Under the pieces are notes generated by a model. That model was given only the letters and a program-made list of their open reading frames with translations, had not been told where the DNA came from and searched no databases. The position numbers and the translations under genes were made by a program. Of a DNA stretch of 64,000 nucleotides, positions 1-12,000 are shown piece after piece. Numbering within the stretch: position 1 is the stretch's first letter; each line of letters starts with the position of its first letter. Origin of the DNA: Chrysomallon squamiferum (Eukaryota > Animalia > Mollusca); contig CM022670.1 in assembly GCA_012295275.1 (NCBI GenBank), positions 16,058,001 to 16,122,000 on the forward strand, in the 5' to 3' direction.

Positions 1-141
1 ATTTACAATGGATTACTCCCATTGTCGCTGATCTGCTTTGATTTGTTTATTAAACATCACAGTATGTGTGCTCCTGTTTATGAGAAGGTTTATATAAAAC
101 CAAATTTAATATTTTTTTTTTTTTTTTTTTTTTTTTTGCAG

Positions 142-3100
142 CTGCTTTTGCTGTGATTGGCTCATCAAGTCACCTGTCCCCCCAGTGTCAGAAGTTTGCC
201 ATCCCTTCCCTGTGTTTCCACGCCTTCCCCCTGTGTGAGGAGGGAGTAGACCCTGCTGAACCAAGACAGATCTGTAAGGACGAGTGCGAGGTGCTGGAAA
301 ATGAAATGTGCAGAACAGAATACGTGCTGGCGAAAAGACATCCACTGATTGGTCAGTATTGCATACAGCTGCAGTTAATACTGTTCAGACTTGTTTACAA
401 TTAATACTGTTAGAATATTGTATTCAGTTATTAGTATTGTAATCAGTTATTAGTATTGTATACAGTTATATCTACTGTTATTTAATTACAATTAATATTG
501 TATACAGTTATAATTAACATTGTTCTACAGAGTTATTTGTACTGTATAAAGTTATAACTGGTCTGTTGGTATTATCAGTATTAAATAAAAGGCTGGTCAA
601 TAAATCAATCAATCATTCTATATTGTTTATAATGTAGAGAACTAAAATATAGAAAAACAGTAAATATTCATATTTTATCCCCATTAAATGAAATAAATAT
701 TAAAAAAAGAGGATATTTTGCTGCTGAACTGTTCACCTGTAGCTGAAAATAGCTGATTTAAACTTTAGAACATTCACACTTTGCCAGTGGTTGCCATGCA
801 CTGTTGTCATTACACATCCCAGGACAACATGCACCCTGCAGACAAATGGCCGCCACTAACATACTATTTACTATACCACTAATCTTCGTTACTATTCACT
901 TTACCATTGTCAGTAGTGATGTGTCCATCAGTGCATCAGTGTGGTAAATCTCTGGTTTGTCTGTCAGTTTGTGTCCACTCTGAATGATGACTGCTCTCAC
1001 TGGGATGGTCACTTTTGTTTGGTCAAAATGTATTTATTACCATAAAAAGCTGTGGGAATTTAGTTGTTTCAGTTTTTCTTGTTTTATAGCAACGTTTTGT
1101 TTACTCGTTGTTGTTCACTGTTTGTGGACATTATTGGGGGTTTTTTTAAGGGATAAAGTACTATGGTAAAAACTAAATTTCGTATTGTTGTCTGTTCATT
1201 GGTTAGGTTAAACTTAAAGGACCACTACTATCTCAGACATATCAGTTTTAGAGGGAAAAAAACCAATGCCAGAAATGTTTTTATCACATAATTTTGAAAT
1301 GAGTAAAAAAAAAAAAAAAATTACAAAAAAAAAAAAATAAAAATAAAAAACAAACAAAACAAGATAAAATTAAAAAAGAAAAGAAATAAATCAAAACACA
1401 AAAAAGATAAATAAATAAAACATAAAAATATTTATTATTTTGGAAACTGATAAAAACCTGTATACATCAAATGATGGTTTAAAAAAATGAAAATAACAGA
1501 TCTTTCATTATTTTCTGAATTATGGATATTTTCTAAATGTTTTATTGCTTTCTTTGATATTACATATTTTCTTTTATCAATGGGTACATTATTAAAAAAA
1601 AATCAACAGCAGCAGAAACACTGGCTGGTCTAAGATGCTGATTTCTGTTATTGCAGGCCTATTTCATGCTTAACAAACTACACAGGAACATTTAACTACT
1701 GCTGTACATAGCTTGAGTTCCACCACACAGACTTTTGTGTTAGGAAAAAATATGGCTCAGTCTGGCATGTTCAATTTCATGGATATTTTCATTTCTTTCT
1801 TCTGCCACATCAAAAAGATGAAAATAAATGTTTTTACTTATCAATTCATTATCCTAATAGAATCAGTTTTAAAAAAAATAAAAAATTTGAAAAATCTTTT
1901 TAACACATCTGTTTAGTTTTCATAAAGCACATTCATTCATATAGCTCTTTGAAGTCCATTACTGTAAAATGTAATAATAATATTTTTATTTTTTGATTAT
2001 TTATTTGTTTGTTTACTTGAGTTTTTCTTTATTTCTACAGGGAATTCTCTGTTACCAAATTGCGAGAAGCTTGCAGAACCAGGCACACCAAAGGGTGACA
2101 ACTGTATTAGAATTGGAATTCCCATACCAGAAAGTGAGCTGAAATTTTAATATAACATTTATAATTACATATCAAAATTCAAACAATACATTTATAGAAT
2201 GAGAAAAAAAAAAATTTAATGAGATTAAATCTAATAAAGTAAAAGATAATGATATTAATTTGATACAGAAATGTATATTAACATCTTGGTCGTTATTAAT
2301 AATATTATTATTATTTTTAAATACTGATTCCTTCAAAATGTTTCTGTTAGCCTAAATATATGTGTATTGGTGTATTAGTGTTTGTATGTATCTGTGTGTG
2401 CATATATATATATATATATATTTTTGAAGGTTTTTTTTTAAAATGAATAATCTAAAGATTTAAATATGATTTTTATAAATGCATAGGTGTATGTATATAT
2501 GTATGTATGTATAGATGTATGTATGTATGTATATTGATTTTTTTTCATTAATATTTGAATATATTTGATTTTTTTGTATTAATATTTGATGACAAAGACA
2601 GTTTAAAGTTTAATTTATATATTTGTATATTTATAAATGTGTGTGTTACAGAAGACAAGTGCTACAACAACACCGGACAACAGTACCGTGGTCGCGTGAG
2701 TCGCACAAAGTCAGGCTACACCTGTCAGAGCTGGAACTCAGACAAACCCCACAAACACAACTTCAAAAGTTCTAAATACCCTGAACTCAGTGAGTACAAG
2801 TTCTGGAATTCTTTAATATATATATATATATATATCAATATAAGTAAGTACAAGTTCTAGAATTCTTTAATATATATCACTGAACTAAGTAAGTACAAGT
2901 TCTAGCACTCTTTACAGTATTCTGAATGCTGAATAAGTACAAGTTCTAGCATTCTTTACAGTATTCTGAATGCTGAATAAGTACAAGTTCTAGCATTCTT
3001 TACAGTATTCTGAATGCTGAATAAGTACAAGTTCTAGGATTCTTGAAAAGTAATTAAATATTCTGAGCTGTTTGAAAAGGAATTATAGGAGTGCTCATAA

Positions 3101-3654
3101 TATCCAGAACTGAGTTCTATTATTTTTTTCTATATCCTGAAAATTCCATTAAAAAATCAGTTACTGCAATATTCATTACATCCTCAAACCCTGTCTAAAT
3201 ATCCTGAAATAAGTAAGTTGTAACAATTTTTTTCCCCTATATTCTGAAATGTTACAATAACAGAGTAAAAAAAAACAAAAAACATATAAGACAATTTTAT
3301 AAATACATTCAATATGACAGATATTTTAAACTCAAAAACGGATATTGCAGTTTTGAAAGAGGCTGTTTTTAAGATAATTAATTATTTTTTTAAACTGTGT
3401 GTTTGTTTTTGCAGCAAGTAACTACTGCAGAAATCCTGGGGGACTGGAAGAGGGGCCCTGGTGTTTCACCACACAAAGTAATGTGCAGAAAGAATTGTGT
3501 GATGTTCCTAAATGTCGTAAGTGAATTTTAAATTATCTTTTAGATATATACATATATATTTTAAAACGTCTATTATTTAAATATTAGATAAATAAAACTA
3601 CTCTCAAATGTTTTTGAATTCAAGCTTATACAGCAAGGCATTATCATGTATCAT

Positions 3655-3693
<39 letters not shown>

Positions 3694-6600
3694 GTGATAT
3701 TTATAACTGAGGTTTATGTGTGATGTTAACAAATGCTGTGATATTTATAACTGAGGTTTATGTGTGATAACTAATGTAGTGATATTTATAACTGAGGTAT
3801 ATGTGTGATAACAAATGTAGTGATATTTATAACTGAAGTATGTCTGATAACAAATGTAGTGATATTTATAACTGAGGTTTATGTGTGATAACAAATGTAG
3901 TGATATTTATAACTGAGATATATGTGTGATAACAAATGTAGTGATATTTATAACTGAAGTATGTGTGATAACAAATGTAGTGATATTTATAACTGAGGTA
4001 TATGTGATGTTAACAAATGTAGTGATATTTATAACTGAGGTATATGTGTGATAACAAATGTAGTGATATTTATAACTGAGATATATGTGTGATAACAAAT
4101 GTAGTGATATTTATAACTGAGGTATATGTGTGATAACAAATGTAGTGATATTTATAACTGAGATATATGTGTGATAACAAATGTAGTGATATTTATAACT
4201 GAGGTATGTGTGATGTTAACAAATGTAGTGATATTTATAACTGAAGTATGTGTGATGTTAACAAATGCTGTGATATTTATAACTGAAGTATGTGTGATGT
4301 TAACAAATGCTGTGATATTTATAACTGAAGTATATGTGATGTTAACAAATGTAGTGATATTTATAACTGAAGTATATGTGTGATAACAAATGTAGTGATA
4401 TTTATAACTGAGGTATATGTGTTATAACAAATGTAGTGATATTTATAACTGAGATATATGTGTGATAACAAATGTAGTGATATTTATAACTGAGGTATGT
4501 GTGATGTTAACAAATGTAGTGATATTTATAACTGAGGTATATGTGATAACAAATGTAGTGATATTTATAACTGAGGTATATGTGTGATAACAAATGTAGT
4601 GATATTTATAACTGAGGTATATGTGTGATAACAAATGTAGTGATATTTATAACTGAAGTATATGTGATGTTAACAAATGTAGTGATATTTATAACTGAGA
4701 TATATGTGTGATAACAAATGTAGTGATATTTATAACTGAGGTTTATGTGTGTTAACTAATGTAGTGATATTTATAACTGAGGTATGTGTGATGTTAACAA
4801 ATGTTGTAATATCTATAACTTCATTCGATGCCAAATATTTTGATAATTAATAATAAAAACACTTTTTTTATCCTATTTCATTTTTTTTAATAATCCAATC
4901 ATTGTTTAAAAGTTAATCTTATCCATTTTTGTGAGAAAAAAAAAAAAAAAAAACCCTTTATTTATTTACATACATACATTTTTGGGGGGGCTTTAATGTT
5001 TTTAATAATCAGCTGTCATTTTTTATTTTTCCAATCATAAATCAAGAAGAAAACATTTTCGTCCAAGCTATTAATAAAATAATAAAAAGTTGAATATTTC
5101 ACCAAACAAATCTACATCTGCTCTGATTTATAACTGTGATTGCACACTGCAGGTAGATCTGTGCAGTGTTTAAAGGCTATCCCCTGAAGTAGTGTGAGTG
5201 ATATTGTTTGTGACAGTAGTTGAAAGCTACACAGATTAAGGCAGTTTATCTGCCAGTGAGATGGAACCCCATGATGCACCTGTCTTCGTCTGTAGTCTGG
5301 TGTATATACAAACTGTGTCTCACACCAGACTGTTTTAGAAAGAAAAAAAAAAAACCTCTGTTTTGTTTCTTAAGTCTTCTTTTTATTTATTTTTTTTTTT
5401 TCTGTTCTTCTTCTTTTTTAAAAGGAATTTGTTTTATTTATATGTTTTTTTTTTTTTTGTTATTTCTTTCTTTAATAATTTATTTGGTTATTTTATTTAT
5501 ATATTTTTACTTGCATTTTTTTTTTTTTTTTTTTTTTAATAATTTATTTGGTTATTTTATTTATATATTCTTGGTTGTATTATTTCTTTCTTTAATAATT
5601 TATTTGGCTGTTTAGTTTTGGCAGGGTAAATTTATTGTTTTTATATTTTCTTGTATTTTTAAATACTTACTTATAACTTTTAATTGTGTGTGTGTGTGTT
5701 TGTGTGTTTATTTTTGAACAAAACATTTTTTGACTGATATACAGTATTGGTTAAAATTTCAAAAATTGGTATATTCTATTTATCAACATCCTTATAAAAT
5801 TTTATCTTTAAATATTCTGAGATCTGATTTTCTTAAAAGTAATTTAACTTCTTTTTCATCCATGATTCCAGTTTGTCTTTCCAATCATGAAAATGACATT
5901 TTTTTACATCATTTCTATTTCTTTGCACTTTTGTATTGTGATATGTTAATAAAAATTGCTTCAACAACAAAATAAAATTCAGAAAGATAAAACTTGCATC
6001 AATCTTGTCATTTTGACATTCAGCTAAAATGGTATTTAAAATGTCACAATCAAATAAAACATAATTTATGATAATTCTTTCTTTTTTTTTTTTTAAAAAA
6101 GGACAAGTAATAATATGAAAGATTAATGTACAGGAAGTGACTTAATGAAAGAGATACTATCAAGAAAACAACTAATCATGGTTTAAATTTTTTTTAAAAG
6201 GTTCAACATCCTGTGATTTAAATTTATGATAACAGTGCAAAATCATTAACAAAATAGAAATGTTCATCTCAACAAAAGAGTGAATGAGAGAGTTATTGGC
6301 CCTGACGCAAATGATCGCAAGATTAATATGAACGGTTGACTGAAGGGCAGCATATTTTTCATTACCATTTTTTCCAAGGGATCAGTTTATTAATGTCAGA
6401 CTTTTTATCAGCCTCATTATTACTCTGCAGTTTTGAGTTATGGAATGTTTTGTTGCATGAGAAACACACATTTGTCATTAATATGTTACTGCAAATTGTG
6501 TGACTGTTAATGACACACAATGTAAATGAAGATGGGTGACCAAAATCTGAATCGTTTACTGTCAGTAATCTGCGTATTTCATTACAGACACCCAAACACT

Positions 6601-6751
6601 GGCCTTTGTTTAATTTCTCGGAATTCTCGTTTGTAGTAATTAATTGAAAGGAAATTGCTAAATGAGTTAGTGGATTAAAGAACTGTACTGACAGACACTT
6701 GAAGAGAAAAACTTTATTATTGTTGTTTTGTTCTTTACCATGTTGTTGTTA

Positions 6752-6782
<31 letters not shown>

Positions 6783-9011
6783 GTTATTTTCATTATTATT
6801 ATATTTCAGTTATATTATTCTTTATATGTATTGTTATACATCAGCTATAAATAATAAGAATGTCACTAAATAGTTTTCTTATTCTCTGTAGGCCTAACAG
6901 TAGAAAGAAATTACTCAAAATTTTAATAATAAAAAAAATTGCCCAAAGTAAAGAAACCTGAAAAACTTAAATATTACAGTTCCAAGAGACTCAGTCAGTG
7001 TGGATTTTTTACAGTTCTTACTTTGTCACTGCAGAAAATCAGGATTTGTTTCTGTACACATTTTGCTAATGTGCAGCAACTTAAAAGCAAAATTACTGAG
7101 AAACAAAAATGTTACTAGTGCCTAATGCCTCAGTCACTGTAGAATTTTTATAATTCCTGTTTTGTCAGTGCAGAAAATCATATTTTGTTATAAACCTATT
7201 TTCTGTATTATATATTTGATATCTAGTTCTTATTAACTTACAGCATTTTAAAAAAAAAATGTAATAGTAAATTACTAAATTTTATTTCACGTTTCTGAAG
7301 GTTAGACTATGTTTAATGTAATTTTTAGTTTTTGTTTCAGTGGGAACAAAAGGCAGTGAAGACAAACTGATGTTCATTCTCATCCCAGGCATCACTGTTC
7401 CCCTGGCTCTCACTGCTGCTGCTGGCTCTTGTGTGTTTCTGTCAGTCGCGCAACAAGCGCAACGGAGTGAAAGGAAAGTCAGGAAACAGACAAGGAGGCC
7501 AACCAGTTGAAATGAGTCCTCTCAATCCAAAACCAAACTCACGGGCGCGAGAGTTTGCCATGTCGAACATCAGATTTCTCCAAGAGCTGGGTGAGGGAGC
7601 ATTTGGGAAGGTGTACAAAGGTGAACTGATTGGGCTGTATGCGGAGAACTCGGTCACCAAGGTTGCTATAAAGACTCTGAAGGAAAACGCTCAGCCCAAG
7701 ATCCAGAACGACTTCCGACGTGAGGTTGACATGATGTCAGAGCTGAGACATCCGAACATCGTGTGTTTGTTAGGCGTGTGTATGAAGCAGGATCCTATGT
7801 GTATGTTGTTTGAGTACATGACTCACGGTGACTTGCACGAGTATCTGCTGGTGCATTCACCGCATTCTGACATAACTGGCAAAGATGACGAGGGAGGAGG
7901 TAAAATATTAGAGTATCCAGAGATGCTGCTCATTTCACAGCAGATTGCTGCTGGTATGGAGTATCTCGCCAGCCACCATTTTGTTCACCGTGATCTTGCT
8001 GCCCGCAATGTTCTGGTTGGAGACAACCTGACAGTGAAGATATCTGACTTTGGTCTTTCTCGCGATGTCTACTCGTCTGATTACTACAGAGTCCAGAGCA
8101 AGTCCTTGCTGCCAGTCCGGTGGATGCCTCCTGAATCCATCATGTATGGAAAGTTCACAACAGACAGTGACGTCTGGGCCTTTGGTGTGGTGCTGTGGGA
8201 GATATTCAGTTATGGTCTACAGCCCTATTTTGGTTACTCCAATCAAGAAGTAATTGAGATGATTCGGTCCCGACAGATTTTAGCTTGTCCAGAAGAGTGT
8301 CCTGCCCGAATCTACGGCTTGATGGTCGAATGCTGGCACGAGACGCCGTCACGACGTCCATCTTTCCGAGAGATAAACTCGCGTCTACGAGTGTGGAAAG
8401 GTGAGATGATGTCGGGTCAGAATCATCACTGGAGCATCTCACAGAGCCAGTCTGCGCATTCAAGCAGCACACACCAAAGTGCCCAGAGCCAGCCCAGCCA
8501 CCACAGCAGCACGGGCCCCAGCAACACCACAGCAGTCACTGGCCTCACTGGTAGCAGCAACACATCTGATCCCCTCCAGTCGTATCCACCTCCAACACAG
8601 CCGATGCCAAACTACACCATGGCTAGCCATGGTTACTCAACCAACCAACAGCCGCCAGTCGTTCCCATGCCGATCCTGGGAATACAGAGACAGCACGGGC
8701 TGATGGCACCACCACCCTACAATAATCACAACAGCCATTTAAACGGTCCATCCAAAAATTCACCTGCAGGGTCGGTAGCCAGTTCGAAATCATCAAACAG
8801 TGCCACATCTCAGAGTTCTTCTGGCATTGGGCCGCTGCCTGTCATTAAGAATGTGCCAGGGAATCACCACGTGCCTCAGACCCAGCAGAGTCACCAGTAC
8901 AATGTGAACAGTAATAGCAATGGTATGCCTACAGTGGCAGAGTGCAATCGTTTCAATAACTTTATGTCACAAAATGCTTACATTCCTGAACCGAGGACTT
9001 CAGAAATCTGA
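142..9011 (+). CDS. ROR: Ror-family receptor tyrosine kinase, 3' portion (Frizzled CRD, kringle, TM, kinase, S/T/P-rich tail); 5' exons lie outside the window
   Basis: Phase-1 GT-AG exons: 142-351 (CRD: [17 protein letters not shown]...[14 protein letters not shown]), 2041-2133 (LPNCEKL...NCIRIGIP), 2652-2789 and 3415-3516 (kringle: [11 protein letters not shown]...[12 protein letters not shown]...PWCFT), and 7341-9011. The last exon encodes [27 protein letters not shown] and a kinase with [41 protein letters not shown] and kinase frames are offset at about 7412 (see findings). Confidence 0.96.
2780..3045. repeat. ~44-54 bp tandem repeat (about 6 copies) starting at the Ror kringle exon donor
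   Basis: Core AGTACAAGTTCTRGMAYTCTTTA recurs at about 2790, 2844, 2889, 2933, 2977 and 3021. Confidence 0.9.
3661..4820. repeat. (GA)n tract followed by a ~41-43 bp minisatellite, about 27 copies
   Basis: Unit GTGATATTTATAACTGAGGTATATGTGTGATAACAAATGTA repeated with few variants; it explains the repetitive ORFs at 3907-4634. Confidence 0.97.
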
Positions 9012-12000
9012 GCTGTTGACATAGCAAAAAAAAAAAAAAAATTAAATAACAAAGAAATCAAATGTTGCCATACTTATAACAAGTGGGGAAAACTGTGAGA
9101 CTGATTGCAGAACAAAAATCATTAAATGCATGTCCTTCTGTTAATATCCATGTTCATATTTCTGTATTGCCTTCTAAAACAATGTGGTGAATCTGATATC
9201 TGCCAAAATATATATATGTAGACAGCTTATTATGAAACATGTTGACAACTGGCTGCTTGTCAAGTAGTAGACTAAATCACTGTGATCACTGACTTGTTCA
9301 AGCCAGTAAGGACTTCTTGTTACTGTTTTGTTGACACTGATTAAAATACAGTTGTGTATTATTACGCTTTTATAAGCAAAGGTGTATTAAAGTTATCAGA
9401 AACATCTCATGTATGTTAGTGGCTGTGAACAGTACAAATGAAGGAGGAATGTACTCAAGAAAGATCTGTCATGGAGTTCATTTTTATGTAAACATGCACA
9501 CAAAAACAAAACAAGAACAAGTAACTATGAGAAACCCCCAGTGAATTAAAGATGATGTGTGCAAAAACTGGTTTTTGCAGAACTAAAATATATAAAAACT
9601 GATATACAAACTTTATACTTGTGTTATTAACTTGGTATCATTACAGACGCTTGCTGCACTAGTGATTGAAGACTTTGCCAAAATTACCTTTTTATTTCTT
9701 TAATTCATTCTTGATCTTTATAAAATGAGGGGGGGGGAATCATGAAATTATTATTATTATTGTGGACAGCTTTATCTTTCTTTTATTTTATTTTTTAAAA
9801 TTTGTTTAATGTTTCTGTTCTGTCATATTAAGGTGAAGAAATGACAGAGAATGAAGTAGGTATTGAATTATAGAGATACTCTGGAACTGTTTGATGTAGT
9901 TATGGTATGTGTGGCATTTATTTAAAGTGATATGTTACAACACTGTAGTGCTTGCAATGTGATACCGTTATGAACATGATGCTAAGTAAACAGTATCAGT
10001 ATTTGAGAATATATTACTATTTACACAGGTCAGCAGCCTTCGACAGGCTTTTGTATTATTACTGAAAAATCATTTTGTTTAAAATATTTAGTATTATTAC
10101 AGTTCTGTTGTAACCATTTAAAGAACTTGTCATTATTCCTGTTAGGTCACATGACAGAGTACCATGACTACCAGTTAGTGCCTGTATATATAAATTAATC
10201 TCAAATGTTAATAAGAAAATTAGAAAACTGTTTCAACAACAGTAACAAATAAATAAAAACATATGAATAATTGTATTGAATTATTAAGTTACACTAAAAT
10301 ATAAAATAATCAATTTATAAAAATTAAATAATGTATTGGATATCTCAAAATGTTTATCAAATCCATTTAAAAATGATTAAAGAAAAAAAATCTTTTTCAG
10401 ACAGTTTACTTAAGCTTGTGATAAAAATGTGCAAAGTTGTCGTAAGTTTATAAATATAACTGTTATGTTAAAATCTGTACATTAAAGATGAAAGTTTTGT
10501 TATTTGTATAATATCTTCAATGTTTAGAGTCATTAGTCACGTCACAGTACAATTTATTATCTAATGAAAAGACTAAATAAATACAATATATATTTAAGAA
10601 ATTTTTAAACAGGCATCATTTTGAATTTTTCTACTGAACACGTTTTTATCTTAAAAAGTTTTTAACAAAAAGAAAATGTCTGTTTAACAAATCACACTGA
10701 AATGAGAAGTTTACAGTTGGTTCAAGGGTAGTAATATCTGTATTGATGTACTGTTAAGAAGCTGCCACACTGTATTGTTGAATTGTGATAAAAAAAAACA
10801 GAAAACTGTTGTCTGCATTATGCACTGTGTTGTGTCTTTATATTTGTTGTCTATTTATTCTTATTCAAGTTAAACTTGAGTGCCTCGGAGCATAATACAT
10901 GCATTTTGTAGCCATGCTCCTTAGTGTTTTACACTTGTGTATTGCTTACATTTTTGTTCTGTTTAAGATTTGAAAAAATATATATATACATAAAAAATGT
11001 ACAATAATAGATTTTAGATGTTTTTCGTTTCATCATATTATACATGACAATCATTCAGACGTTATTAAATCATTCTTTTTTTCATCAAGTTTTCAGTTTT
11101 TACAAAAATCACTAGCTAATAGTTCAGTGACATTCATGTTTAAAATCTCTCAGAAACTAAAGTAGATCTAGTTATTAACAATGTAACTTCCTATTTTGTT
11201 ATGATCTGTATGCACACAAATGTTATAATGGGTACAAACTGAGGTAATTATAAAAAAATATATATTTAAAATCTGTACATCAAATTTTACAATAAACAAG
11301 AACATTTAAAAATCTAAATATATTTGGCACATCTCATAACACTAAGATTTACATTAATAATCTTGACAAAATGAACAAAAGATTTTCAATTTGATTATTT
11401 ATCTGTTTTTGTTATAAACAGACATTTTTAACATGTTTAATAATTTCATCTGACATGCAAACACACACACATATTAAAGGGAATATTTATTATTAGTGAA
11501 ACACATGGTAATATAAGAAGATTTACATTTACTAATTAAGTGCCAAAAGAGAAATAAACACATAAGACTGAGTTAATAGCTTATTTTATAATTGGCCTAA
11601 TTTGAAAGATAATGTGCTTTGTTTTACTGAAAATGTCAATATCAGTAAATATCATTATTTCATGTATATAGTTTAATAATGTGGCTATCTTTATCATTGA
11701 ATGTTAATTATCTTCATGTGTACAATAAAAAAAATAATAATAATAAAATAATAAAATAATATTTTGTATGGTATATTATTATTATTTATTAAACTGAGAT
11801 TATTATAGAAATCAGTTTTAATTTGATATATTTTGAAATCAACAAACCAATGGCATATTGCATTTGTGCCTTTTTTCTTTTTTTCTTTTTCTTTCTTCTT
11901 TTTTTTTACATGTTGATAATTTGTTGATTTGTAAGTAGATGAAAAAGTGCCTATGTCAACATTAACATTTGAGTCTTATTTATTTTATTTTTTCATTTAT

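Noticed and set aside
3907-4634. Repetitive ORFs ([11 protein letters not shown]..., [12 protein letters not shown]...) and a superficial CRISPR-like periodicity
   Set aside because: These are translations of a head-to-tail minisatellite with no unique spacers and no cas genes, in a eukaryotic intron.
5220-5615. 131 aa hydrophobic ORF resembling a membrane protein
   Set aside because: Produced by poly-T low-complexity intron sequence; no family motif.
7442-8808. Overlapping and antisense ORFs within the Ror kinase exon
   Set aside because: Shadow frames of a GC-richer coding exon; short, with no recognisable domains.
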